Of a stretch of DNA of 56,956 nt, positions 19,991 to 29,661 are shown one piece after another. The notes under the pieces are model-generated. The model had not been told where the DNA came from. It did not search any database and saw only the letters and a list, made by a program, of their open reading frames with translations. The stretch is from assembly GCA_964395965.1 (NCBI GenBank), contig CAYNDK010000001.1, positions 1-56,956 of the forward strand, given 5' to 3'. The stretch comes from an uncultured Flavobacterium sp. GTDB lineage: Bacteria > Bacteroidota > Bacteroidia > Flavobacteriales > Flavobacteriaceae. The position numbers and the translations under genes are program-made. Every line of letters starts with the position of its first letter. Position 1 is the first letter of the stretch.

Positions 19991-20998
19991 ATGGAAGAAC
20001 GCAACAAAACCTTAGGGGAATTTATTATTGAAAAACAAGCTGATTTTCAGTATTCATCGGGCGAATTGTCCCGAATTATCAACTCCATTCGCTTGGCAGC
20101 GAAAGTGGTGAACTACAAAGTGAACAAGGCGGGTTTGGTTGACATTGTTGGCGCGGCTGGAGAACAAAACGTTCAAGGCGAAGACCAACAAAAATTGGAT
20201 GTCTATGCCAATGAAATATTTATCCAAACTTTAATCAATCGCGAAATTGTTTGTGGCATTGCTTCCGAAGAAAATGATGATTTCATCACCGTAGCGGGAA
20301 GTGACAACAGTCATAACAATAAGTATGTGGTGTTAATGGACCCGTTGGACGGCTCTTCAAATATTGATGTGAATGTTTCAGTGGGGACAATTTTCTCAGT
20401 TTTCCGTCGGGTAACTCCGGTGGGTACTCCGGTAACCTTAGAAGATTTTTTGCAACCCGGAATTAATCAAGTGGCGGCCGGTTATGTGATTTATGGTACT
20501 TCGACAATGTTGGTGTACACTACAGGCTTTGGAGTAAACGGATTCACACTCAATCCTGCAATTGGGACTTTCTATTTGTCACATCCCAATATGCAATACC
20601 CTAAGGATGGTACCATTTATTCCATCAACGAAGGGAACTATGTGCATTTTCCACAAGGGGTAAAAGATTATATAAAATATTGCCAATTGGAAGAAGGTGA
20701 TCGTCCCTATACCTCACGTTATATCGGAAGTTTGGTTTCCGATATGCACCGTAATATGATTAAAGGTGGAATTTATATTTACCCCACAAGTTCCAAAGCG
20801 CCCAAAGGTAAATTGCGTTTATTATATGAATGCAATCCAATGGCCTTTATCGCTGAACAAGCAGGAGGAAAAGCGTCGGATGGCTATCGAAGAATTATGG
20901 AAATCCAGCCTACAGAATTGCATCAACGTGTCCCGTTTTTTTGCGGAAGCGAAAATATGGTCACCAAGGCAGAAGAGTTTATGCGTAATGCCCATTAA
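19991..20998 (+). CDS. fbp: Class 1 fructose-1,6-bisphosphatase
   Basis: [30 protein letters not shown]. Confidence 0.97.
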   Translation: MEERNKTLGEFIIEKQADFQYSSGELSRIINSIRLAAKVVNYKVNKAGLVDIVGAAGEQNVQGEDQQKLDVYANEIFIQTLINREIVCGIASEENDDFITVAGSDNSHNNKYVVLMDPLDGSSNIDVNVSVGTIFSVFRRVTPVGTPVTLEDFLQPGINQVAAGYVIYGTSTMLVYTTGFGVNGFTLNPAIGTFYLSHPNMQYPKDGTIYSINEGNYVHFPQGVKDYIKYCQLEEGDRPYTSRYIGSLVSDMHRNMIKGGIYIYPTSSKAPKGKLRLLYECNPMAFIAEQAGGKASDGYRRIMEIQPTELHQRVPFFCGSENMVTKAEEFMRNAH

Positions 20999-21016
20999 TA
21001 GTAAACTAACTTGAAC

Positions 21017-21046
21017 AAAAAAGTCCCGAATTGCTCGGGACTTTTT
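21017..21046. terminator. Bidirectional intrinsic terminator
   Basis: AAAAAGTCCCGA...TCGGGACTTTTT between convergent genes. Confidence 0.85.
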
Positions 21047-21049
21047 ATT

Positions 21050-21481
21050 TTATTTATACATGTGACGCATTTCGTAGACAAAGGTGTCGAGGTCAACATT
21101 CATGACCAAAAGGGATAAAGCTTTATCGACAATGTACTGCACGTTACCTGGTGTAAATCCTAGCGCAAGCGCAAAACGGGTTAAAATTTCTTTTTGTTTT
21201 GGACCCAAGACATGATCGGCATAGACCATACGCGATAAATCATAGAGACGCTCCAGTCGCAATGCATACGAATAGGGTGGATTAATAGGGTACTTTAAAG
21301 GGTTTTCAAGAATTTCAGCATATTCATCCTCAGAAATCTCTAAACGAACTGCTAGTTTATCCAAAAAGTTTTTCTCTTCTGGAGTTAAATCACCATCCGC
21401 GAGGGCTACACGTACGATAGCCGAAAAATGACCTCTGTTACGGTCTTTGAATTCGCTATCAAATAAATCAGCTATTGACAT
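21050..21481 (-). CDS. TerB family protein
   Basis: VALADGDLTPEE and MVYADH repeats typical of the TerB fold. Confidence 0.75.
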   Translation of the reverse strand: MSIADLFDSEFKDRNRGHFSAIVRVALADGDLTPEEKNFLDKLAVRLEISEDEYAEILENPLKYPINPPYSYALRLERLYDLSRMVYADHVLGPKQKEILTRFALALGFTPGNVQYIVDKALSLLVMNVDLDTFVYEMRHMYK

Positions 21482-21620
21482 AAAATATTGTTTTTAGTTC
21501 TTTAAAATTAATCAGAATTTTGTTGCTATGGTGCAATCTTAACCAGAATTTATAGTTTGCTTTAAAATTTTACCCAAATAAATTGTAAGTTTACCCTGAT
21601 TAACCCCAAAATCAAGCCGT

Positions 21621-22214
21621 ATGACAGACTTTTGGATCTATTTTAAAATTGGTCTCGAACATGTAATGAATTGGAATGGCTATGACCATCTCTTGTTTTT
21701 AATGGCTTTGACAGTGCCTTATACAACAAAAGATTGGAAGCGTTTGCTTTTGCTCGTTTCACTTTTCACTCTTGGACATACGCTTTCGTTATTCTTAGCA
21801 GTCCTAGAAATCATTACCGTCAAATCATCAATTATTGAATTTTTAATTCCCATAACTATCTGTATAACGGCTTTATTCAATATTGTTAAAGCTGGAAAAT
21901 CGGGCAAACAAGATTCTTTGACAGTTGTTGGGGCAATTACGTTGTTTTTCGGACTTGTACATGGGTTAGGTTTTTCCAATTATTTCAACCATTTATTACC
22001 CGGAGAGGCGGCTGATAAAATGGTCCCGATGTTAGAATTTGCCCTCGGAATAGAAGGGGCGCAAGTTTTGATTGTTCTTTTTGTTTTAGTACTGGGTTTT
22101 ATTTTTAAAACACTCTTTCGATTCAATCAACGCGATTTTGTTTTGATTTTTTCTGCTTTTGTCTTAGGCGTGGTCGTGCCTTTACTGCTTCAAAATCCGA
22201 TTTGGGAAAAATAG
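21621..22214 (+). CDS. HupE/UreJ family membrane protein
   Basis: GYDHLLF, FTLGHTLSL, FGLVHGLGF. Confidence 0.85.
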   Translation: MTDFWIYFKIGLEHVMNWNGYDHLLFLMALTVPYTTKDWKRLLLLVSLFTLGHTLSLFLAVLEIITVKSSIIEFLIPITICITALFNIVKAGKSGKQDSLTVVGAITLFFGLVHGLGFSNYFNHLLPGEAADKMVPMLEFALGIEGAQVLIVLFVLVLGFIFKTLFRFNQRDFVLIFSAFVLGVVVPLLLQNPIWEK

Positions 22215-22258
22215 CATAGAATCGTTTAAAATTCCCTACATTTGAGCGACACATTACT

Positions 22259-22687
22259 ATGAAAAAAGAAAAACTAAATAAATACGACAAAGCGTATTTA
22301 CGTATTGCCTCTGAATGGAGTAAGTTATCGTATTGTCAACGGAAACAAGTTGGTGCAATTATTGTCCGTGATCGAATGATTATTTCAGACGGATATAATG
22401 GTACTCCTTCTGGTTTTGAAAATAACTGCGAAGACGAAGAGGGATTGACCAAATGGTATGTCTTACATGCCGAAGCCAATGCCATTTCCAAAGTAGCTCG
22501 CTCTACGCAATCTTGTGAAAATGCAACATTATACATTACCCTTTCTCCTTGTCGTGAATGCAGCAAATTGATTCATCAATCGGGGATTAAGCGGGTAGTT
22601 TATCAAAATGGTTACCGAGATACCTCAGGAATTGATTTTTTGGAAAAAGCCGGAATTGAGGTTTTGCAAATTCCTGAACTCGATTAA
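22259..22687 (+). CDS. dCMP deaminase family protein
   Basis: GYNGTPSG, LHAEANAI, SPCRECSK; TACATTTG promoter element at 22237-22244. Confidence 0.92.
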   Translation: MKKEKLNKYDKAYLRIASEWSKLSYCQRKQVGAIIVRDRMIISDGYNGTPSGFENNCEDEEGLTKWYVLHAEANAISKVARSTQSCENATLYITLSPCRECSKLIHQSGIKRVVYQNGYRDTSGIDFLEKAGIEVLQIPELD

Positions 22688-22738
22688 AATAAAGCGCGAA
22701 TTTATTTCGTTAGTAAAAAAACTAAACACTATTTGGGT

Positions 22739-24307
22739 ATGAAAATCAATAAGATCTACATCCCGTTTTTATTCTTTTCCTGTGTAGCTCTAGGAATCGT
22801 CATTGGTGGCTGGATCAATTATCCAGTAGAGCGCGTACATACAAAAAATGACTACCGATCGAAGTTAAATCGCTTACTTAATTTTATTGATAACGAGTAT
22901 GTAGATGAGGTAAAAACCGATTCTATTGTTGACTTAACGGTGACTAATATTTTAGCAAATTTAGACCCGCATTCTGTTTATGTTACTCCAAAAGAGCAAC
23001 GCCTTTTAGCCGACAATATGAAGGGTGATTTTGTAGGGATAGGGATTAATTTTTATACATACAACGATACAATTGCCGTTATAAAGCCTATAGAGAATGG
23101 GCCTGCTGCCAAGGCTGGAATCCAAAAAGGGGATCGTATTTTGTATGCAGACCAAACGAAACTATTTGGAAAAAAGTTGAAATCGGAAGAACTGTACAAC
23201 CAACTTCGAGGCGAACCCAATTCAACCGTTACGTTGACCGTTTATCGTAAATTAACCAAAAAGACATTTAAAGTTCCAGTTGTTCGAGATGTCATTCCCA
23301 TCAAAAGTGTTGTTGTTTCCACATTATTAAACCCTAAAACAGGGTATATCAAAATTGAGCGCTTTGCCGAAACAACGGGCAAAGAATTTCATACAGCGCT
23401 CCTCGACTTGAAGCAAAAAGGGATAACATCGTTAGTAATTGATGTTCGAGAAAATGGGGGAGGTGTCATGGAGTCTGCTATTGAGATTGCCGATGAACTC
23501 CTTAAAAACAATGAACTTATCGTCTTTACTAAAAATAAAAAAGGTGCTATAGAAAAAACATTTGCTACAGAAGAAGGGTTGTTTGAAAAAGGGAAAGTAG
23601 CCGTACTTATAGATGAAAATTCAGCTTCAGCAAGTGAAATTTTGGCCGGAGCGATTCAAGATAACGATCGCGGACTTGTAATTGGACGACGTTCTTTTGG
23701 CAAAGGTTTGGTGCAACGTGAAATGAACTTTGATGATGGCTCGGCAGTGCGTTTAACCATTGCACGCTATTTTACTCCAAGTGGACGTTCTATTCAAAAA
23801 CCCTATCAAAAAGGCGATGCTGAAAATTATTACAAAGAATACGAACACCGCTTTGAATCAGGTGAATTGTATGAAAAAGAGAAAATAAAAATTGCAGACT
23901 CTTTAAAATTTAAAACCAAAAAAGGTCGAATCGTATATGGAGGTGGCGGAATTGTCCCCGATATTTTTGTGCCTATCGAAAGCGCTCATGGCGAAGAAAG
24001 TCTCGAATATATTTTAAAATCGGGTGTGATGGGGCATTTTGTTTTTGAACAGTTGGATCAAAATCGCCATCGTTTTGAAAATGTATCTTTCCCCACATTT
24101 TTAGCAAAATTCTCTAAGGAAGATTATATCAAGCCCTTTGAAAAGTATCTCGAAAATTCTGGAGTCCAACTGCAATTAACCAATAGCAAAGCGTTAATCA
24201 ATCGCTATGTTCAAGCTGAATTTGCACGACAATTGTATGGCGATGTCTACTATTTTCAACTCTTATTGAAATCGGATCCTATGCTTAAAAAAGTGGTAAA
24301 AAATTAA
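22739..24307 (+). CDS. S41 family C-terminal processing peptidase with PDZ domain
   Basis: LDPHS, GIGI PDZ loop, DVRENGGG, SASASEI, SFGKGLVQ. Confidence 0.92.
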   Translation: MKINKIYIPFLFFSCVALGIVIGGWINYPVERVHTKNDYRSKLNRLLNFIDNEYVDEVKTDSIVDLTVTNILANLDPHSVYVTPKEQRLLADNMKGDFVGIGINFYTYNDTIAVIKPIENGPAAKAGIQKGDRILYADQTKLFGKKLKSEELYNQLRGEPNSTVTLTVYRKLTKKTFKVPVVRDVIPIKSVVVSTLLNPKTGYIKIERFAETTGKEFHTALLDLKQKGITSLVIDVRENGGGVMESAIEIADELLKNNELIVFTKNKKGAIEKTFATEEGLFEKGKVAVLIDENSASASEILAGAIQDNDRGLVIGRRSFGKGLVQREMNFDDGSAVRLTIARYFTPSGRSIQKPYQKGDAENYYKEYEHRFESGELYEKEKIKIADSLKFKTKKGRIVYGGGGIVPDIFVPIESAHGEESLEYILKSGVMGHFVFEQLDQNRHRFENVSFPTFLAKFSKEDYIKPFEKYLENSGVQLQLTNSKALINRYVQAEFARQLYGDVYYFQLLLKSDPMLKKVVKN

Positions 24308-24316
24308 AGGTACCGT

Positions 24317-24934
24317 TTAGTGCTTAATACGCGTACTATCATGTACTTGTACTGGTTCTCCATGATTCCACTCGGTTAAGATATCAGTGGCTACAGCGGC
24401 ACCACTTCCTGCTGCGATAGCCAATTGACTTCGCCACCCCGCAAGTGTTCCACACACATAGAGTGCAGGTTTAACTAAGTGATCGGTATTGCGCAGCTGT
24501 AGTCGATTCTTACTTGGATTTGCCTTTTGATGCGGCATCTCAAAAGATTCTAAACCAGCAATAGTAAAAGGATTCCCAGCGCCAATTGCAAGTACAACCG
24601 ATCGGGATTTTAAGTGCTGCCCATCCGTGGTAGTAAGGGTAAATTCTGGACTTTCCCCTTCAATTTTAATGATTTTTATATCGGGAAGTTGTTCGATATG
24701 CGGATACAATGCAGCTAATTGTGCTGTACTTTGTACAAGTAAGTCGGCGCCTAATGTTCCGGCTGGAATTCCATACGCGTTGTTAAAGATAGCATCATGT
24801 AACGACGACGCTTTTTGATGCGTAATAATTCCAATTCTTTTATCTTTTGCAAAGGGTTTTTGTCCAGCAGATCCCAATAGTAAAGCACAAGAAACTCCAG
24901 AAACCCCGCCACCTACAATGAGTACATCAAACAT
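24317..24934 (-). CDS. Short FAD-dependent oxidoreductase (TrxB-like FAD domain only)
   Basis: IVGGGVSG dinucleotide motif; LYVCGT...QLAIAAGSG matches the TrxB C-terminal motif; only 205 aa. Confidence 0.75.
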   Translation of the reverse strand: MFDVLIVGGGVSGVSCALLLGSAGQKPFAKDKRIGIITHQKASSLHDAIFNNAYGIPAGTLGADLLVQSTAQLAALYPHIEQLPDIKIIKIEGESPEFTLTTTDGQHLKSRSVVLAIGAGNPFTIAGLESFEMPHQKANPSKNRLQLRNTDHLVKPALYVCGTLAGWRSQLAIAAGSGAAVATDILTEWNHGEPVQVHDSTRIKH

Positions 24935-24935
24935 C

Positions 24936-25136
24936 TTATTGATTTTTCATTTTATCTTCGATTTTCTTAGACATTTTGAAAATCAAAAGTATAAAAACAG
25001 CACAAAATGAGGCTACAATACCAATCAAAGCAACCAAGCTATTGCCTTCAAAGGGACGGTCAAAATCCAATTGCATGATGTTGACAACAATCAAAGCAAG
25101 CGCAACAAAAATTAATAGTGTGGTAAATAATTTCAT
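24936..25136 (-). CDS. Small two-TM membrane protein
   Basis: 66 aa, two hydrophobic segments, tightly packed in the operon. Confidence 0.75.
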   Translation of the reverse strand: MKLFTTLLIFVALALIVVNIMQLDFDRPFEGNSLVALIGIVASFCAVFILLIFKMSKKIEDKMKNQ

Positions 25137-25174
25137 TTATTTGAATTGAGGGGATAAAGTTAAAAATTTATTGG

Positions 25175-25753
25175 CTATACAAAGAGTGCTTTAACATTCG
25201 ATGCAAATAATTTAACAGCAATTGCCAACAGTACAACACCAAAGGTTTTACGTATCACCCCGAGTCCATTTTTACCCAATAACTTCTCAATTTTTGCCGA
25301 GGATTTCAAAACCACATAAACCAAAATGATATTGAGAAGTATTGCGATAACAATGTTGATCGATGCATACTGTGAACGCAATGAAAGTAAAGTAGTCATA
25401 GTTCCAGCGCCAGCAATCAAAGGGAAAGCCAAGGGAACAATCGATGCGGAGTTATTGGTTTCTTCTTTGTAAATACGAATGCCTAAAATCATTTCTAAAG
25501 CCAAGAAAAACAAAACAAATGATCCCGCAACCGCAAACGAATGGACATCGGTGCCAATTAGTTTTAAAAATTCTTCCCCCGCAAAAAGAAAGGTAATCAT
25601 GATTATTCCAGCCACAAGCGAAGCTTTTTCCGATTCAATATGGCCAAATTTTTGACGCAAGTCCACAATAATCGGAATGGTTCCAACGATATCAATTACC
25701 GCAAATAACACCATTCCAATCGTTACAATTTCTTTAAAATCCAATCCCAACAT
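25175..25753 (-). CDS. MarC family membrane protein
   Basis: LFAVIDIVG, VPLAFPLIAGAG, six TM segments. Confidence 0.9.
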   Translation of the reverse strand: MLGLDFKEIVTIGMVLFAVIDIVGTIPIIVDLRQKFGHIESEKASLVAGIIMITFLFAGEEFLKLIGTDVHSFAVAGSFVLFFLALEMILGIRIYKEETNNSASIVPLAFPLIAGAGTMTTLLSLRSQYASINIVIAILLNIILVYVVLKSSAKIEKLLGKNGLGVIRKTFGVVLLAIAVKLFASNVKALFV

Positions 25754-25842
25754 GTCGTTTCAAATTTTTTGCAAAAGTACGGTTTATAAAAGCAGTCTAA
25801 TTTTAAATTGAAGTTAAATTTTAAAAAACTGATTTTGAATAA

Positions 25843-25975
25843 TTTGGGCGCTCCCCCGGCCGATAAATACGTCGCTTTACAAGCTTGTTATTTATCGGTC
25901 GGGGTCTGGCTATCCGTTGCAAGTCCGTTGCTCCGTTCCTCCGCATCCGGGCTTTCCACTCCTATCCTTAGCGCG
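25843..25975 (+). ncRNA. Structured intergenic element, Flavo-1 RNA-like (copy 1)
   Basis: TTTGGGCG...GGTCTGGCTATCCG...CTCCTATCCTTAGCGC frame; 16-bp stem 25854-25869/25889-25904; second stem AAGTCCG/CGGGCTT. The family name is from recall of the motif, not a search. Confidence 0.6.
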
Positions 25976-25983
25976 GTTGTAGT

Positions 25984-26039
25984 CATCAGTGGGCACTCAT
26001 CAGTATTCAGTCATGAGTATTCAGTCTTCAGTGGTCACG
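25984..26039. repeat. Degenerate heptamer tandem repeat (nnTCAGT) x 8
   Basis: catcagt gggcact catcagt attcagt catgagt attcagt cttcagt ggtcacg. Confidence 0.75.
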
Positions 26040-26097
26040 GATCATTTAACCGTTTTCTGTTCGAAGAAAGTAATATCTTTGTGCCAAAGAAAATACT

Positions 26098-26676
26098 ATG
26101 TTTCAACTAGGAAAAACCATCGTGTCGGAGGATATACTCGAAAAAGATTTTGTGTGCAACCTTACCGCTTGTAAAGGCGCTTGCTGTGTTGATGGAGACG
26201 CTGGAGCACCTTTGTCCAAAGAAGAAACAGAAATTCTACAAGCGATCTACCCCAAAGTAAAACCGTATTTACGTCCAGAAGGAATTGAAGCTATTGAACG
26301 TTTAGGAACATGGGTCGTGGGAACGGAACAAGATTTAGAAACTCCATTGATTGATAATAAAGATTGTGCCTACGTTATTTTTGATGGTGATACAGCCTTA
26401 TGCGCTATTGAACAAGCCTACAATGAGGGTATTGTTGATTGGAAAAAGCCCGTTTCTTGTCATTTATACCCTATCCGTATTAAAGATTTCTCCGAATTTG
26501 CCGCTGTAAATTACGACCGTTGGGATATTTGTGATGATGCATGCACACTAGGAAAAGAACTTCAAGTGCCCGTTTATAAATTTGTTAAAGAAGCGTTGAT
26601 CCGTCGATTTGGCGAAAATTGGTACGCTGAATTAGAAAAAGTTGCTGCAGAATTGGAGCAAGAAAGAGGAAAATAA
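26098..26676 (+). CDS. DUF3109 family Cys-rich protein
   Basis: FVCNLTACKGACCVDGDAGAP, KPVSCHLYPIR; TATCTTTG promoter element at 26074-26081. Confidence 0.85.
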   Translation: MFQLGKTIVSEDILEKDFVCNLTACKGACCVDGDAGAPLSKEETEILQAIYPKVKPYLRPEGIEAIERLGTWVVGTEQDLETPLIDNKDCAYVIFDGDTALCAIEQAYNEGIVDWKKPVSCHLYPIRIKDFSEFAAVNYDRWDICDDACTLGKELQVPVYKFVKEALIRRFGENWYAELEKVAAELEQERGK

Positions 26677-26695
26677 ATCGAAATAATAAGCCAAT

Positions 26696-26732
26696 AAAAA
26701 AGCGTGTTCAATTCACTTGAACACGCTTTTTT
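26696..26732. terminator. Bidirectional intrinsic terminator
   Basis: AAAAAAGCGTGTTCAA...TTGAACACGCTTTTTT. Confidence 0.85.
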
Positions 26733-26770
26733 ATTATACAAAAAAACCGAAACAATTGTTTCGGTTAAAG

Positions 26771-26844
26771 TGGAGAAGATGGGGCTCGAACCCACGACCT
26801 CTACGCTGCCAGCGTAGCGCTCTAGCCAACTGAGCTACATCCCC
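26771..26844 (-). tRNA. tRNA-Ala (GGC)
   Basis: Reverse complement GGGGATGTAGCTCAGTTGGCTAGAGCGCTACGCTGGCAGCGTAGAGGTCGTGGGTTCGAGCCCCATCTTCTCCA; G3:U70 identity pair; anticodon GGC; CCA not encoded. Confidence 0.97.
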
Positions 26845-27023
26845 AAGTGGAGTACAAATATAGTAAAATAGCCTGCATCAACAAATAAAATCAATAAGTC
26901 TTAAAAATTAACAAGTTATTTGTAAAAAAACCATTGATAGATAGCGTTTTATCTATTTTATTTTCTTAAAATTGTGCAACTATATTAAAGAATACATTAC
27001 AAACAATTAACTTCAACCTAACA

Positions 27024-28838
27024 ATGAAAAAAACTACTTTACTTTTTGCCTTCTTGTTGGTGTCTTTTTTGAGTCAAGCACAAGTGGTTGCTTCTCAAAA
27101 TTTTAACACTGCACTTGGGTGGACTTCTACTACAACTACAAGTGATGCTGGTACAACAATTAGTGCGTGGGCGCGCCGAACTACGGGAGGTGCTCCTGCC
27201 TGTTCTCCTTTTTCTGGAACGGGTATGGCACGTTTCAACTCCTATAATATTCCTGCAGGAGGTAGCGGACGTCTGACTTCTCCAGCGATAACCTTTGCTG
27301 GGGCAACTTACCGTGTTAAATTAAAAATGTTTCGTGATTCAGGTTATCCAACTGATGCCGACAATATTAAAGTATACTACAATACAACGGCTGTAGCAGG
27401 TGGAACTTTATTGGGAACTGTTAATCGTTCAACTCAATTAGCGCCAGTGGTTTCGGCAGATGGATGGTATTCTTATGCTTTTGATATTCCAGGGACATTG
27501 ACTGGAACGGGATATATCAATATTTTAGGAACTTCTCAATACGGTAACAATATTTTTATTGATGAAATTTCTGTGGAACAAATTCAGCCCGTAGATGCTG
27601 AAATGACAAGTGTTGTAATGAATGCAATTGTACCTGCAGGGTCAAAAGTAATCAGCGGTAGCATTAAAAATATGGGTACCACAGCCATTACAGCGATGGA
27701 TGTTAAATGGCAAATAGATAACGGTGCAATCTACACACAATCTTTGTCAGGTTTAAATATTGCATTAGGTCAGTCATACAATTTTACTCATCCTGATCAA
27801 TGGAATGCAACACCAGGAGCATATGCACTAAAAGTTTGGGTTGCCAATGTAAATGGTCAAGCTACTGATGGTGATGCTTCAAACGACTTAGTGACAAAAC
27901 TAGTGTCAGTAGCGAGTGGTTCTACTGCACGTTTACCTTTGTATGAGAAATTCTCAAGTTCGACATGTGGACCTTGTTATTCTTTTAATACCAACTATTT
28001 TTCACCTTTTTACACTACAGGTACAAACCATGATCAATTGGCTTTGATTAACTATCAGGTAAACTGGCCAGGTTCTGGAGACCCTTATTATACTGCAGAA
28101 ACTGGACAACGAGTGGCTTATTATGGCGTTACAGGAGCACCAACACTTTATGTAGATTCAAAAGAAGGGACTTTGTTTAGTACGGCTGAATTACAAAATG
28201 CACTTAATGCAGAAGTTTTAGAGCCTGCTTATTTTTCAATTAATGCGACACGTTTGTTAAATGGTTCTGATATGACCGTTACTATTAATACAACTCCTTA
28301 TTTGACTGGTGATTATGTGATTCATGCAGCAGTTGTTGAAAGATTAACTACAGGTAATGTTGCTTCTAATGGAGAAACTTCTTTTAAAAATGTAATGATG
28401 AAAATGTTGCCAGATCCAGCAGGTACTTTTGTTGGATTTACGCATGATGTATTAAATACTCAAACATTACAAGCAGATTTGTCAGGGACATTTATTGAAG
28501 ATCTAAATGATTTAGATGTTGTTGTTTTTATTCAAAATGCTTCTACAAAAGCTGTGATGCAAGCCGCTTATGCTACAGATGCTTTGGCAAATAATCAATT
28601 TAATGAAAAAGCTTTTGCCAAATTATATCCCAACCCTTCAAACGGAATCGTACAAATCGCTACTGAAGAATCGGTAACGGTTGACGTAACAGACATGACA
28701 GGTAAAGTGGTTTTTCGTGCATCAGGTTTAGAGAATGGTGCTCAAATGAACTTAACTTCTTTACAAAAAGGAGTTTATGTTGCAAAAATGACTAGTGTTT
28801 CAGGAGCTACTCAAACTCAAAAAATCGTACTTAATTAA
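27024..28838 (+). CDS. T9SS-secreted Omp28-related thioredoxin-fold protein
   Basis: Signal peptide; N-terminal beta-sandwich domains; EKFSSSTCGPC, YYGVTGAPT; C-terminus LYPNPS...KGVY...KIVLN. Confidence 0.8.
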   Translation: MKKTTLLFAFLLVSFLSQAQVVASQNFNTALGWTSTTTTSDAGTTISAWARRTTGGAPACSPFSGTGMARFNSYNIPAGGSGRLTSPAITFAGATYRVKLKMFRDSGYPTDADNIKVYYNTTAVAGGTLLGTVNRSTQLAPVVSADGWYSYAFDIPGTLTGTGYINILGTSQYGNNIFIDEISVEQIQPVDAEMTSVVMNAIVPAGSKVISGSIKNMGTTAITAMDVKWQIDNGAIYTQSLSGLNIALGQSYNFTHPDQWNATPGAYALKVWVANVNGQATDGDASNDLVTKLVSVASGSTARLPLYEKFSSSTCGPCYSFNTNYFSPFYTTGTNHDQLALINYQVNWPGSGDPYYTAETGQRVAYYGVTGAPTLYVDSKEGTLFSTAELQNALNAEVLEPAYFSINATRLLNGSDMTVTINTTPYLTGDYVIHAAVVERLTTGNVASNGETSFKNVMMKMLPDPAGTFVGFTHDVLNTQTLQADLSGTFIEDLNDLDVVVFIQNASTKAVMQAAYATDALANNQFNEKAFAKLYPNPSNGIVQIATEESVTVDVTDMTGKVVFRASGLENGAQMNLTSLQKGVYVAKMTSVSGATQTQKIVLN

Positions 28839-28881
28839 TGATTGGGGGATTGCGGTCCCCCTTTGCTATTACCCCAAAAAA

Positions 28882-29604
28882 ATGAAAAGAATATTTATTT
28901 TAGGATTATTGACTTTTTCAAGTCTAACACAAGCTCAAATTGCTGTAACACGTCACAACAATTCACCTATTGCCAATGGACAAGTCTTGGCTTTTAATAC
29001 GGTTGATTACCCACAAGCGGAATTGGATTTTTATGTGAAAAACCTATCAGCGGCATCCGTTAATGTTCGTATCAATTGTATGACTTTAACAAATAATGAT
29101 GGTACCGGATTTGAATTGTGTTTTGCAAATGAATGTTTGTCTAATGTTGAAGAAGGGAATAACTACCCTGTAAATTTACCTTACCTTACAATTCCAGCGG
29201 GAGGACAAAGTGGTAATGACGGCCATTTTTTAAACACGATGATAGGCGCTGCGCCCTTTCCAAAAGATTATGCTTTCCGTTTCTACCAAGCCGGAAATCC
29301 TAATGGAAACACAGTTGATGTAACGTATCGTTATGATCCTAGTTTGTCGACAAGTGATATTCAACAATTACAGGAAACAGGCGTGTTGATTAAAGCAACA
29401 ACGATTTCATCTGAGTTAATCTTGGATGTTCTTAAAACGTCTGCTTTAGAAGTGTTTGATATCAACGGAAAGAGCATTACCAAACAAAATTTAGCCTATG
29501 GAATGCACACAATTGACACCGCGCAATGGAATGCAGGAGTTTATATTTTGCAATTTACAGATGCCTACGGAAATCGTTCCTCTAAAAAGATTATCAAAGG
29601 ATAG
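28882..29604 (+). CDS. Small T9SS type A sorting domain protein
   Basis: Start MKRIFILG; Cys pair ELCFANEC; CTD-like C-terminus AGVYILQF...KKIIKG. Confidence 0.75.
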   Translation: MKRIFILGLLTFSSLTQAQIAVTRHNNSPIANGQVLAFNTVDYPQAELDFYVKNLSAASVNVRINCMTLTNNDGTGFELCFANECLSNVEEGNNYPVNLPYLTIPAGGQSGNDGHFLNTMIGAAPFPKDYAFRFYQAGNPNGNTVDVTYRYDPSLSTSDIQQLQETGVLIKATTISSELILDVLKTSALEVFDINGKSITKQNLAYGMHTIDTAQWNAGVYILQFTDAYGNRSSKKIIKG

Positions 29605-29623
29605 TTCTTTTGAACATTAAAAT

Positions 29624-29659
29624 AAAAAGCCTGTTAGAAATTTTCAACAGGCTTTTTTT
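29624..29659. terminator. Bidirectional intrinsic terminator
   Basis: AAAAAGCCTGTT...AACAGGCTTTTT. Confidence 0.85.
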
Positions 29660-29661
29660 AT

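Noticed and set aside
7354-22687. dGTPase, dCMP deaminase and TerB as a nucleotide-depletion anti-phage system
   Set aside because: The genes are dispersed among housekeeping genes, have ordinary lengths and motifs with no extra sensor domains, and have no defence or mobile neighbours.
25984-26039. CRISPR-like array
   Set aside because: Units are 7 nt with no spacers, and there are no cas genes.
25808-26110. 100-aa ORF in the ORF track
   Set aside because: It runs across the structured RNA element and the heptamer repeat, has a TTG start and no recognisable protein features; likely spurious.
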